Source: an uncultured Fibrobacteraceae bacterium
GTDB lineage: Bacteria > Krumholzibacteriota > Krumholzibacteriia > LZORAL124-64-63
Length of the DNA: 64,000 nucleotides
NCBI GenBank assembly: GCA_964559455.1
Contig: CAZLHO010000007.1
Location: 14,636 to 78,635 of the forward strand
Direction: 5' to 3'
Shown here: in pieces, positions 18,031-27,462 of the stretch
Numbering within the stretch: the first letter of the stretch is position 1
How the letters are laid out: the number at the start of each line of letters is the position of its first letter
Notes under the pieces: model-generated
What the model was told of the DNA's origin: nothing
Databases searched by the model: none
The model's input: only the letters and a program-made list of their open reading frames with translations
Translations under genes and position numbers: made by a program

Positions 18031-18534
18031 ATGTTCCGTTCGATCGACGACTTCGCGCAGGCCTGGACCACCCACCGGGAGTCCACGCTGAAGATCCTGG
18101 GGGCCCTGGACGACGCCGGCCTGGGCGCGGCCGCCGCCGAGGGGCACCGCGACCTGGCCGGAGTGGCCTGGCACATCGTCACCGCCATTCCGGAGATGAT
18201 GGCGCGCACGGGCCTGCCCCTGGCCGCCGTCGACCCCGCATCGCCGCCGCCCGCCGACGCGGCCGCCATCAGGGCCGGCTACGATGCCGTCTCGGCGGAA
18301 TTGCTGACGGCCGTCCGCGAGAACTGGGACGACGCGACGCTGGCCGTGACCGACGACATGTACGGCGAGACCTGGCCGCGCGGCGTGACCCTGGCCATCC
18401 TCAAGGACCACGAGATCCACCACCGGGGCCAGATGACGACGCTGATGCGCCTCGCGGGTCTGAAGGTGCCGGGCGTCTTCGGGCCGGCCAAGGAGGAGTG
18501 GAAGGCCTTCGGCATGGAGGAACCTCCCTACTAG
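18031..18534 (+). CDS. DinB/YfiT-like (DinB_2) four-helix-bundle putative metalloenzyme
   Basis: MFRSIDDFAQAWTTHRESTLKIL...ILKDHEIHHRGQMTTLMRLAG is the DinB_2 His-triad pattern. RBS AAGGGGAGG precedes the ATG at 18031. Confidence 0.65.
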   Translation: MFRSIDDFAQAWTTHRESTLKILGALDDAGLGAAAAEGHRDLAGVAWHIVTAIPEMMARTGLPLAAVDPASPPPADAAAIRAGYDAVSAELLTAVRENWDDATLAVTDDMYGETWPRGVTLAILKDHEIHHRGQMTTLMRLAGLKVPGVFGPAKEEWKAFGMEEPPY

Positions 18535-18547
18535 CCGCCTGGGTCAT

Positions 18548-18598
18548 CGGCGGCGGCCGGTCCCGGCCGCCGCCGCCCTCGTCTTCAATTTGTTGATT
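18548..18598 (+). terminator. Rho-independent terminator after dinB-like gene
   Basis: GC stem GGCGGCGGCCGG / CCGGCCGCCGCC followed by the T-rich tract CTCGTCTTCAATTTGTTGATT. Confidence 0.5.
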
Positions 18599-18626
18599 GA
18601 CAATCACTTCCGACACCCTTTAAAAT
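18597..18626 (+). promoter_or_regulatory. Sigma-70-like promoter for the subtilase gene (TTGACA-N17/18-TAAAAT)
   Basis: TTGACA at 18597-18602 and TAAAAT at 18621-18626, about 165 nt upstream of the ATG at 18791. Confidence 0.35.
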
Positions 18627-18790
18627 CATGACCGTCCCCGCCTGGTCCCGCGCGCCCGCCACGCGCGGTGTTTCCCGTATGCGCCGATCAAGGAGGTTCC
18701 GCCCGGGTGCATCGGACCATCCCGATCCCATTGCTGCGTAGTACCGATCCTCTCGCCAAGCCGGTCCACGTGACTGCAGCAGGAGACATC

Positions 18791-21700
18791 ATGAGAAAAC
18801 CCGCGACCCGCATCATGGCGGCCCTCGTCCTCGTCGCCCTGGCGACGCTACCCCTGGTCGCCCAGGCCAACGCCCCGCTCGCCCCGGCGAACGACTCCCC
18901 CGCCGGGAATACCCCGGCCTTCGCTCCCGGACGGATCCTGGTCAAGTTCACCCCCGAGGCCATGGGCAAGGCCGGTTTCGACCGGACCATGACCCAGGGC
19001 AAGGCGCTGCCCGGCGCCGCGACCGGCCTGGCCTCGGTCGACGCCGTGGCCCGCGACGGGGGCGTGACCCGCGTCGCCCGCGCCCACGCCCTGCCCCGGC
19101 GGGAGGATCTGGGCCGCCGCATCGGCGTCGAGCGCTGGTTCCGCTTTGAGGTGGCCGGCGGCGACCTCGAGGCCCTGGCCGCCCGCATGGCGGCCGACCC
19201 GAACGTCGAGGCCGCGACCCCCGACTACCGGGCCTTCCCCGCGATGACCCCCAACGATCCCCTCTTCGCCGACAACTGGGGCCACGCCAACACCGGCCAG
19301 CTGCTGTCCTACGACTGGGCCACCTACAGCCACGAGAACGGCGACCCGGTCGGCACGCCCGGCTTCGACGCCAAGGCGCCGGCCGCCTGGGACGCCCTGG
19401 GCGGCTACGGCGACTCCGGCGTGGTCATCGCCATCCTGGACAGCGGCGTCGACGTCGACCATCCCGACCTGCACCTGGTGGCGGGATACGACTGCGGCGA
19501 CAACGACACGAATCCCGACGACAACAGCGCCGAGCCCGGCCACGGCACCTGCTGCGCAGGCGTCGCCGCGGCCACCGGCAACAACAACCTGGGCGTCGTC
19601 GGCGTCGCCGCCGGCTGCAGCGTGATGCCCGTGAAGATCGCCGACAGCGGCGGCACGATGTACTTCTCGTACATCCAGGACGGGCTCTACTACGCCGCCG
19701 ACCACGGCGCGGACGTGATCAGCATGAGCCTGGGCGCCCCCATCAGCAGCGACCCGGCCACCGACGACGCGATCGAGTACGCCTACAACGCCGGCGTCAC
19801 GATCCTGGCGGCCACCGGCAACGAGAACATGTCGACCATCAGCTACCCGGCGATCAACGCCTATGTGATCGGCGTCGGCGCCGCGTCGCCCTGCGGCGAC
19901 CGCAAGCGCAGCAGCAGCAGCAGCCAGGAGGTGAACCCCGGCGTCGACACCGACCCGCTGGGCTACACCTGCGACGGCGAGCGCTGGTGGGGATCCAACT
20001 ACGGCGTGTCGGTCCAGGACGCGGCGGGCGCCGTCGACATCCTGGCCCCGACGATCCTGCCGACCACCGACATCGGCGGCAGCGGCGGCTACGTTTCGGG
20101 CGACTACGAGATGTGGTTCAACGGCACCTCGTGCGCGACGCCCTACGCCGCGGGCGTCTGCGCCCTGATCCTGTCGGCCAACCCGGGCTACACCCCGTCC
20201 CAGGTGCGCGAGGCCCTGGTCTCGACGGCCACCGACGTGATCAACGTCGAGTCGCCGGCGGGCTGGGACCGCTGGTCCGGCTACGGCATGGTCAACGCGC
20301 AGGATGCGGTCGGCGGCGGCGGCCCGGTGGCCCCCACCGCGGCCTTCGTCGGCGCCCCGACCAGCGGCTCGTACCCGCTGACCGTGAGCTTCACCGACCA
20401 GTCCAGCGGCAGCCCCACGGCCTGGAGCTGGAACTTCGGCGACGGCGGCGTCTCGACGCAGCAGAATCCGTCGCACACCTACACGTCCGTCGGCTCTTAC
20501 GCGGTGACCCTGACCGTGAGCAACGCCGTGGGCGGCGACGACGAAGTGAAGGCCGGCTACGTGACCGTCACCGAGCCGGGCGTGACGACCTTCGTCACCG
20601 CCTCCGGCGAGACTTCGGTCATCGGCTCCGTCTCCGGCACCTATGCGGCGACCGTCGCCGCGGACGACGTCCGCGAGACGATCACCGAGACCGTCTACAC
20701 CGGCCATCCCCGGAAGCAGTACTCCTACCTGGAGCACCGCTGGAACTTCAGTCTGCCCGCGGGCGGCGACGCGACCTTCCACCTGGAGGCCTCGCGCACG
20801 GCCAACAGCGAGGGCGACGACTTCGCCTTCGACTACAGCGTCGACGGCGGCGCCTCCTGGCTGCCTCTGGTCACCGTCGCGAGCGCGACCGAGCAGGCCT
20901 ACGCCGTGGCCCTGGGGCCGGTCGCCGGCTCGGTGCTGGTCCGCGTGATCGACACCAACCGGGCCTGGTACATGACCGCCCTCGACGCCGTGGCGATCGA
21001 CTACATGGCTTTCGAGGTCGGCGACGCCCAGCCCGCGGCCCCCACTGCCGACTTCGTCGGCACGCCGACCGGCGGCGACTACCCCCTGGCCGTCCAGTTC
21101 ACGGACGCGTCCACGGGCGATCCCACCGGCTGGAACTGGAGCTTCGGCGACGGCGGCACGGCCTCGACGCAGAATCCGTCGCACACCTACACTGCGGCCG
21201 GCGTCTACACGGTCTCCTTGACCGCGGCGAACGCCCAGGGCGAGGACACCGCCGTCAAGACGGACTACATCACGGTGACCGAGCCCGGCACGGGCGGCGC
21301 ATCGCTGCACGTCTATGCGATGACGGTGAGCCGGGTGAAGGTCGGCCCCAACTACAAGGGCAACTGCGTGGTCGTGCTGCGCGACGACGCCGGCCAGCCT
21401 GCGGCCGGCGCCACGGTGACCGCCGCCTACGACGGCGCCACGAGCGGCACGATCAGCGGCGTCACCGGCGCGGACGGCTCCGTGACCCTGCAGTCGGGGG
21501 CCATGAAGAAGCCGGTAGGCGAGTGGTGCTTCGAGGTCACCGGCGTCACCCACGCCACGCTGGACTACGACAGCGCGGCCAACGTGACGACCCGGTCCTG
21601 CGAGAGCGGCGACGTCTTCTCCGCGACCGCGTCGCTGCAGCCGCGGGAGTTCCGCCTCGAGCAGAACCACCCGAACCCCTTCAACCCGATGACGGAGATC

Positions 21701-21907
21701 CGCTTCCAGCTGCCGAGCGCTGCGCACGTCCGCCTGATGGTTTACAACATCAGGGGCGAGGTCGTGGCCACGCTCGTCGACCGCAGCCTGGGCCGCGGCG
21801 AGCACGTCGTGCCCTGGAACGCGTCCGACGCGCCCAGCGGCGTGTACTTCTACACGCTGGACACGGCCGGCTACCGCGACACCAAGCGGATGGTCCTGAT
21901 CAAGTAG
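18791..21907 (+). CDS. Secreted subtilisin-like serine protease (S8) with two PKD domains and a T9SS/FlgD-Ig-like C-terminal sorting domain
   Basis: Signal peptide MRKPATRIMAALVLVALATLPLVAQA. S8 catalytic triad contexts are AILDSGVDVDHPDL (Asp), HGTCCAGVAAA (His) and GTSCATPYAAGV (Ser). Two PKD repeats are present (FTDQSSGSPTAWSWNFGDGG...NPSHTYTSVGSYAVTLTVSN and FTDASTGDPTGWNWSFGDGG...NPSHTYTAAGVYTVSLTAAN). The C-terminus is NPFNPMTEIRFQLPSAAHVRLMVYNIRGEVVATLVD...GVYFYTL. Confidence 0.85.
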   Translation: MRKPATRIMAALVLVALATLPLVAQANAPLAPANDSPAGNTPAFAPGRILVKFTPEAMGKAGFDRTMTQGKALPGAATGLASVDAVARDGGVTRVARAHALPRREDLGRRIGVERWFRFEVAGGDLEALAARMAADPNVEAATPDYRAFPAMTPNDPLFADNWGHANTGQLLSYDWATYSHENGDPVGTPGFDAKAPAAWDALGGYGDSGVVIAILDSGVDVDHPDLHLVAGYDCGDNDTNPDDNSAEPGHGTCCAGVAAATGNNNLGVVGVAAGCSVMPVKIADSGGTMYFSYIQDGLYYAADHGADVISMSLGAPISSDPATDDAIEYAYNAGVTILAATGNENMSTISYPAINAYVIGVGAASPCGDRKRSSSSSQEVNPGVDTDPLGYTCDGERWWGSNYGVSVQDAAGAVDILAPTILPTTDIGGSGGYVSGDYEMWFNGTSCATPYAAGVCALILSANPGYTPSQVREALVSTATDVINVESPAGWDRWSGYGMVNAQDAVGGGGPVAPTAAFVGAPTSGSYPLTVSFTDQSSGSPTAWSWNFGDGGVSTQQNPSHTYTSVGSYAVTLTVSNAVGGDDEVKAGYVTVTEPGVTTFVTASGETSVIGSVSGTYAATVAADDVRETITETVYTGHPRKQYSYLEHRWNFSLPAGGDATFHLEASRTANSEGDDFAFDYSVDGGASWLPLVTVASATEQAYAVALGPVAGSVLVRVIDTNRAWYMTALDAVAIDYMAFEVGDAQPAAPTADFVGTPTGGDYPLAVQFTDASTGDPTGWNWSFGDGGTASTQNPSHTYTAAGVYTVSLTAANAQGEDTAVKTDYITVTEPGTGGASLHVYAMTVSRVKVGPNYKGNCVVVLRDDAGQPAAGATVTAAYDGATSGTISGVTGADGSVTLQSGAMKKPVGEWCFEVTGVTHATLDYDSAANVTTRSCESGDVFSATASLQPREFRLEQNHPNPFNPMTEIRFQLPSAAHVRLMVYNIRGEVVATLVDRSLGRGEHVVPWNASDAPSGVYFYTLDTAGYRDTKRMVLIK

Positions 21908-21920
21908 GATCCCGCGAAAC

Positions 21921-22003
21921 GAGGGGCGCCGGTCCGACCGGCGCCTCTTCCCCTGAAAAAGCGCGAGGGCCCCGGGAATGAATCCCGGAGCCCTCTTCTA
22001 TTC
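21921..22003 (+). terminator. Two consecutive GC-rich hairpins downstream of subtilase stop (possible terminator)
   Basis: Hairpin 1 is GGCGCCGG-tccga-CCGGCGCC at 21925-21945. Hairpin 2 is GAGGGCCCCGGGA-atgaa-TCCCGGAGCCCTC at 21965-21994, followed by TTCTATTCC. Confidence 0.3.
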
Positions 22004-22646
22004 CGGCGAGAGGGGGGTGCGGGGAGGGAGGATCCCGCCGGAATGTCCCGACCCGTGCTCGGGTCCTATCTCTTGGGGCGCCCGTTCGGCCGCCGGTACC
22101 GGTCGCGTGGTGCAGAACACCAGGCTCGAAGCCATTGTCGTCATGCGAGGGCGAGTTTCAGGGCCTCGGCCCGCTTCCGGTCCCGGCGGCCGCGGACGAG
22201 TCGTGTCCGGCGCCGCTCGATTCGCTGATACTCTGCTGCGGCATCCCCGGTAGCAATTCCCTGTCCCCGGGGGATGGCCGGGGGGATGCCGCAGCTGACT
22301 GTTGGCGAGCCCTGGGGCTCCCGGTCGGTCCGCGCATGGCGGATCCGACAAACTGTTGGTTTTTCTGAAGGATTCTCCGTATCGAGGCCTGCGGTGTCCC
22401 CTGAGCCGTCCCCAGCTCTCGGCCGCATCCCCCGATATCGGTATCCGCACGCCCTTCTCCTTGCCAGAGGCGTACCAGTTCCGAAGCCCTCAAAAAAAGC
22501 CGACTGATCTGCTCAAGTTGTTGAAATGCATGGGATTTGAAAATACCGAAGGAGAACGCTTGGTGTCTGATCTTGGGCAGATGTTCGATTACGGACACCC
22601 CCTGGGGCGCGGGTGTTCGAATCGAGACACTCGACGCCTCGACCCC

Positions 22647-24086
22647 TTAGTCGAGGCGGTTCAGGCGGGTGTAGAGAGCGCTGCGGCTCAGACCGAGGTA
22701 GGCGGCGGTCCTGGACTTGTTGCCGTTGAACATCCGCAGGGCCTTGCGGACGATCTCCTTCTCCAGTTCCTCCAGGTCCAGGCGGTCCGGCGGCAGGATG
22801 AGCCGGCCGGGGCGCAGGACGTTGGCCGCGTCGCTGTCGGCGATCTCGATCTCCCCGTCCTCGAAGCGCAGGAATTCGGGCCGCAGGGCCGGACCGTCGT
22901 GGAGCAGGGTCAGGCGCTCGACGGCGTTCTCCAGTTCCCGCACGTTGCCCGGCCATGAATGCCCGAGCAGCAGCTCGCGGGCTTCGGGCGGGATGTAGCG
23001 GAAGCGACGGCCGTGCCGCAGCGAGAATTTTTCCAGGAACATCTGGGTCAGGGGCAGGATGGCCTCGTGATTCTCGCGCAGCGGGGGCATCTTGATGCGT
23101 CCGACGTTCAGGCGGTAGTAGAGGTCCTGGCGGAAGGTCCCCTGCTTGACCATCTCGGTCAGGTTGCGGTTGGTGGCGCCGATGATGCGCACGTCGAGGG
23201 TGATCCGCTTGGTGGAGCCCACGCGATACATCTCGCGCTGCTGCAGGACGCGCAGGAACTTGGGCTGCAGGTCCAGGGGCAGGTCCCCGATCTCGTCCAG
23301 GAAGATGGTTCCGCCCTGGGCCATTTCCAGCTTGCCCTGCTTGCCCGATCCCGAGGCGCCGGTGAAGGCGCCGCGCTCGTAGCCGAAGAGTTCGCTCTCG
23401 AAGAGCGTCGGGGTGATCGCCGAGCAGTTGACGGTGACGAAGGGACGCTCGACATCGGCCCCTTCGGCGCCGTGATGAACCAGCCGGGCGAGAATCTCCT
23501 TGCCGGTGCCGGTCTCGCCCTCGACGAGCACGGGCACGGTCCGGTAGAGATGCAGGTGGGTGGCCAGGCGCACGGCCGCCCGCTGGGCGTCCGAGAAGAT
23601 GCCGATCCTGCCGAGCCCGGGCACGTCCATGTACGTTTCACCCCCGAGCAGGGTGTCCGTCTCGTTGACGCTTTCATCGGTCGCCGGCGGCGTCGCGGTC
23701 GGGACGGGGGGTTCGACCCGCCGCCGCTGCACGATGCGGTCGACGACCAGCGCCAACTCCTCGATGTTCAGAGGCTTGAGCAGATAGTCCACGGCGCCCG
23801 CGCGCAGGGCCGCGATGGCCGACTCCATGTCGCCGAAGCCGGTCATGATCACGACCTCGGTCGACTCGCGGCCGGGCAGCGCGCGCACGGCCCGCAACAA
23901 TCCGAGGCCGCTCATCCCCTGCATGCGCATGTCGGTCACGACCAGAGGAAAGGGCTCGGCGCGGCAATGCTGCAGGGCCTCCTCGGCGCTCGCGCATTGC
24001 ACCGTCTCGTGACCGAGGTCCTCGGCCAGGAAGGACGTCACCGCGTTGCGGCTCATCGCGTCGTCGTCGACGATCAGGATCTTCAC
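22647..24086 (-). CDS. Sigma-54-dependent response regulator (NtrC family: receiver + AAA+ sigma-54 activator + Fis-type HTH)
   Basis: Receiver domain KILIVDDDAMSRNAV...VVTDMRMQGMSG. AAA+ motifs VLVEGETGTGKE, GAFTGA and the GAFTGA-type ESELFGYERGAFTGA. C-terminal HTH is AAYLGLSRSALYTRL. GTG start at 24084-24086 has a GGAGGA RBS and a GTGA overlap with the kinase stop. Confidence 0.85.
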   Translation of the reverse strand: MKILIVDDDAMSRNAVTSFLAEDLGHETVQCASAEEALQHCRAEPFPLVVTDMRMQGMSGLGLLRAVRALPGRESTEVVIMTGFGDMESAIAALRAGAVDYLLKPLNIEELALVVDRIVQRRRVEPPVPTATPPATDESVNETDTLLGGETYMDVPGLGRIGIFSDAQRAAVRLATHLHLYRTVPVLVEGETGTGKEILARLVHHGAEGADVERPFVTVNCSAITPTLFESELFGYERGAFTGASGSGKQGKLEMAQGGTIFLDEIGDLPLDLQPKFLRVLQQREMYRVGSTKRITLDVRIIGATNRNLTEMVKQGTFRQDLYYRLNVGRIKMPPLRENHEAILPLTQMFLEKFSLRHGRRFRYIPPEARELLLGHSWPGNVRELENAVERLTLLHDGPALRPEFLRFEDGEIEIADSDAANVLRPGRLILPPDRLDLEELEKEIVRKALRMFNGNKSRTAAYLGLSRSALYTRLNRLD

Positions 24087-26563
24087 GCTTGTTCCTCCGT
24101 CGTCTCGGCGGGACGCAGCTTCAGCCGGAAGCTGGCGCCGCCGTCCTCGTTCGTGCCATGGAAGATCTCGCCGCCGAAGCCGTCGACGAACTGCTTGACG
24201 ATGGCCAGGCCGAGCCCGGTGCCCTCGCCGGCCTGGCGCGTCGTGAAGAAGGCATCGTAGAGGCTTGCGTCCTGCTCCTCGGGCAGCCCCGGTCCGTTGT
24301 CGTGGACCTCGAGCCAGATCGCGCCGTCGTCGCGGCGCGTCACGATCCTGATGCGCCGGTCCTCGGCCGGGTTGGCCTCCAGGGCGACGGCGGCGTTCGA
24401 CACCAGGTTGATGGTGATCTGCTCGAGCTGCAGCTCGCGGCCGGCCACGGAAAGGGTGCCGGGAGCGAGTTCCCGCAGGCATTCGACGCCTCGGCTTTGC
24501 AACTCGCGTTCCATCAGCCCACAGGCCCCGAGGACCGCCTCGTTCAGATCGACTGCCTCGAGGTCGGGCTGCGGCAGGCCCGATCGGAAGCTGCGCATGT
24601 GCCGGATGATGGCGTCGATGCGGGCCGCGCCCTCCCCGATCCGCCGCAGGTGCTCGACGATCCGCTCCGGCAGCGCTTCGGGATTGCGCCGGCCCCACAG
24701 GATGGCCCGGTCCGTCGTCATGCGGATGACGTTCAGGGGCTGGTTGATCTCGTGGGTGATGCCCGCGGCCATCACCCCCAACGACGCCGCCCGGGACGAA
24801 TGCTCCAGGGCCTGGATCGCCCGGGTGTGCTTGCGTTCGGCCTCCACCCTCCCCGACGCCTGCACGTCACGCTCCCAGGCGTTGGCGAACATCGCGGCCA
24901 GGGTGGTGAAGATATTCACCTCGTCCCGTCGCCAGTGGTGGCGAACGCCCTGGCTGAAGATGGCGATCCCGCGCATGCGCCCCAGGACGACCAGCGGCAC
25001 CGCGACGATCGCGGCCACCTTCCGCTCCCGCAGGAAGCTCCGGACCACGGCCGGCACTTCGCTCGTGCTGCTCAGGGCGTCGACGACCAGCGCCCCCTGC
25101 TGTTCCCGCTCTGCGAAATAATCCCGCAGTTCGCAGCAGTATTCCCGCAACATCCGGACCCCGCCCGCATCCGCGCCGGCCGCTTCCGCCTCGTCGGGCG
25201 CGCAGTCTTCCAGGCCGCAGATGGTGATGCCCGCCACGTTGAGACGCCGCTCCAGTTCCGGCAACAGGGGGCCGACGGCCTCGCGCAAGGCCCCCAGGGC
25301 GTTCAGCCGGGCGGCCACGTCGGCCAGCAGGGTCTGCCGCTCCAGGCTGGAGCGCAGCCGCCGGCGCTCCGCGCGCAGCTCCCTCTCGGCGGCGCGGCGT
25401 TGCAGGATGTTCCGCCCGAGAACCAGGATGACGAGCGACAGGAAGACGAGAAGGCCGGCCCCGGGCAGGAGCACCTTACGATGCTCCTCGAAGTAGCTCA
25501 CCGGCCGGTTGACCACGACGCTGCCCTCCGGCAGTGCGCTCTCCGAAACGCCGAGGAGTTCCAGCTCCTTGTGATCGAAGATGTAGCGCCAGGGCGGCCG
25601 GCGGACCACCGGAATGTCTCCGGCCATCTCGCCGGCGAGGATGCGCGTCGCCAGATGCCCGGCGATGCGGCCCTGATCCGCGCCGTTGACCAAGCTGCCG
25701 CCGACGACCCCCCAGCCCACATAGAAGTTCCAGAAGCTGAAGATGGGCGCGCGAGCGGCCGGGCGGATCCGCTCCAGACTCTCGCGGAAGTCCAGGAAGC
25801 AGCCGTCCCTGTCGCGGGAGAGCGCCAGCAGCAGCACGATGCTCTCCGGCGGGATCTCGGGCAGGATGTTCGCGCACTCCTGGACATCGGCGACCTCCCG
25901 GAAGTCGAAGGCCACCCGCCCGGCGTAGTCGGAAGCGAGGGCGCCGATCCGGCGCCGGTTGGCGAAGTTGGTGACGGTGGAGTCGTAGACGACCGTGATC
26001 TCCCGGGCGCCGGGCCGAAGCCGGAGCGCCACGTCCAGGGTGCCGCGCAGATCGATCTCCTCGACCACGCCCGTGATGTCGTCCATGACGGCCAGCACCG
26101 AATCCGGAGAGGCGTTGAGGCCGCAGAAGACGATCGGCGCGCCCGGCGCCAGCTCGTCGCGGTGGGTCGCCGCGTAGAAGAAGGCATAGTCGTCCGCGGT
26201 CACGATCAGGTCGAGGGGCTGCCCGCCGTACTTGCGGCGCAGGAAACCCAGCAGCTCCCCCTGGCCGGGAATCTCGGGGTGACGCTTGGCGTCCAGGTAC
26301 TCCACGTACAGTTCGTAGGGGATGTCGGATTCGCCAAGGGCTTCCCTGAGTCCGACCAGAATGGAGTCCGACCAGGCGAAGCCGGAGTGATAGGAACTGA
26401 GGTGGAGGACGGCGCGTTCGACGCCGTCGTGGAACGGCGCCGCGACGAGGCTGTCCGCTGCCGATCCGGCCGGACCCTGGGCCGCGGACGCCGGGCGCGG
26501 CGAGGCGAGCGGCGCGGCGAGGCCGAGCAGCAGCGGGATCGACAGGAGGCGGAAAAGGAGCAT
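24083..26563 (-). CDS. Sensor histidine kinase with N-terminal periplasmic ABC-type substrate-binding-like domain
   Basis: Signal/TM MLLFRLLSIPLLLGLAAPLA. Periplasmic domain resembles PF04392-type solute-binding sensor modules. TM helix LLPGAGLLVFLSLVILVLG. HisKA H-box is MAAGITHEINQPLN. The HATPase_c G-boxes are near the C-terminus. Confidence 0.8.
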   Translation of the reverse strand: MLLFRLLSIPLLLGLAAPLASPRPASAAQGPAGSAADSLVAAPFHDGVERAVLHLSSYHSGFAWSDSILVGLREALGESDIPYELYVEYLDAKRHPEIPGQGELLGFLRRKYGGQPLDLIVTADDYAFFYAATHRDELAPGAPIVFCGLNASPDSVLAVMDDITGVVEEIDLRGTLDVALRLRPGAREITVVYDSTVTNFANRRRIGALASDYAGRVAFDFREVADVQECANILPEIPPESIVLLLALSRDRDGCFLDFRESLERIRPAARAPIFSFWNFYVGWGVVGGSLVNGADQGRIAGHLATRILAGEMAGDIPVVRRPPWRYIFDHKELELLGVSESALPEGSVVVNRPVSYFEEHRKVLLPGAGLLVFLSLVILVLGRNILQRRAAERELRAERRRLRSSLERQTLLADVAARLNALGALREAVGPLLPELERRLNVAGITICGLEDCAPDEAEAAGADAGGVRMLREYCCELRDYFAEREQQGALVVDALSSTSEVPAVVRSFLRERKVAAIVAVPLVVLGRMRGIAIFSQGVRHHWRRDEVNIFTTLAAMFANAWERDVQASGRVEAERKHTRAIQALEHSSRAASLGVMAAGITHEINQPLNVIRMTTDRAILWGRRNPEALPERIVEHLRRIGEGAARIDAIIRHMRSFRSGLPQPDLEAVDLNEAVLGACGLMERELQSRGVECLRELAPGTLSVAGRELQLEQITINLVSNAAVALEANPAEDRRIRIVTRRDDGAIWLEVHDNGPGLPEEQDASLYDAFFTTRQAGEGTGLGLAIVKQFVDGFGGEIFHGTNEDGGASFRLKLRPAETTEEQA

Positions 26564-26749
26564 GCGACGATCTCCAGGGGATGTCCCCCATGGTACCGCA
26601 ACCGGCGGCGCATGAGGAGGCCTCAATATATCGTTTCCCCGGAACCACCGCCCTCCGGCCGGATCTGGCGCTAAATCCGATTTTGATTATCTTGTTTTAA
26701 GTGACGCCCCGGCCCGGCCGGGTTTTCTTGATCTTAGTCCGGAGTCTCA

Positions 26750-27355
26750 ATGAAGCGAAACATCCTCCCGGCTCCCGCCGGGAACGTCCGCCCCAGCCGT
26801 CTGGCGAACCTGATTTCGCAGGTGGGCAGCCCGCCGGTCGTCATCGCCGCCGCGGTGATGCTGCTGGCCGGCCGTCTGGCCGAGAGCGGCGCCCGGGCGT
26901 GGGGCGGCGTGCACCTGGTCCTGGCCGTGGTCCTGCCCGCGATGGGACTGCTGCTGCTGCTGCTCAGGGGAAGAATCGCCGACCTGGAAATCGTTCGCCG
27001 CGATCAGCGTCTGCTGCCGCAGGCGATCTCCGCGGCCGGCGCCGGCGCCGGCGCGGTCGTACTCGTCCTGGGGGGCGCCCCGGAGCCCCTGCGCCACCTG
27101 GCGCTGGCCATCTGGTGGCTGTCGGCCGCCGTCCTGATCATCACCTTCTACTGGAAGATCAGCGTGCACAGCGCCGCGGCCGCCGCCGCCGCCACCATGG
27201 CCTGGCTGCTCTCGGGCTCCATCCTGCTGCCCGCCGCCGGCACGGGGCTGATCGCCTGGTCCCGGATCCGTCAGCGCCGGCACACGCCGGCCCAGACCGT
27301 CGCCGGGGCCTTGCTGGGCTTCGGCGTCCTGCGCCTCGTCTTCGGCGGGGCCTGA
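26750..27355 (+). CDS. Small polytopic membrane protein, PAP2-like phosphatase (putative)
   Basis: Five to six TM helices. ISVHSAAAA and SRIRQRRHTPAQTVAG resemble PAP2 motifs 2/3 (PSGH / SRxxxxxHxxxD) but with a D-to-Q change. Confidence 0.4.
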   Translation: MKRNILPAPAGNVRPSRLANLISQVGSPPVVIAAAVMLLAGRLAESGARAWGGVHLVLAVVLPAMGLLLLLLRGRIADLEIVRRDQRLLPQAISAAGAGAGAVVLVLGGAPEPLRHLALAIWWLSAAVLIITFYWKISVHSAAAAAAATMAWLLSGSILLPAAGTGLIAWSRIRQRRHTPAQTVAGALLGFGVLRLVFGGA

Positions 27356-27462
27356 TCGTCCGCCTGATCCCGCGACCTGCAACCACTCCCCCGGCTTTCC
27401 CGTAACACCTCCTGCCGCAACCGAAGACAACCCTCCGCAGGATTCTCGACAGGAGGCTCGAC

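Noticed and set aside
18848-21805. 985 aa minus-strand ORF and 664 aa plus-strand ORF (19987..21981)
   Set aside because: Both are off-frame or antisense relative to the S8 subtilase, which has an unambiguous catalytic triad and PKD repeats. The translations are Gly/Arg/Asp low-complexity.
22158-22958. Small ORFs (146 aa minus, 218 aa plus) in the subtilase/regulator convergent spacer
   Set aside because: The plus-strand ORF runs antisense into the sigma-54 regulator. The minus-strand ORF has no RBS or family match, and its codon usage is atypical. The region is kept as a candidate ncRNA instead.
24089-26674. 861 aa plus-strand ORF
   Set aside because: It is antisense to the histidine kinase (H-box and HATPase motifs present on minus strand).
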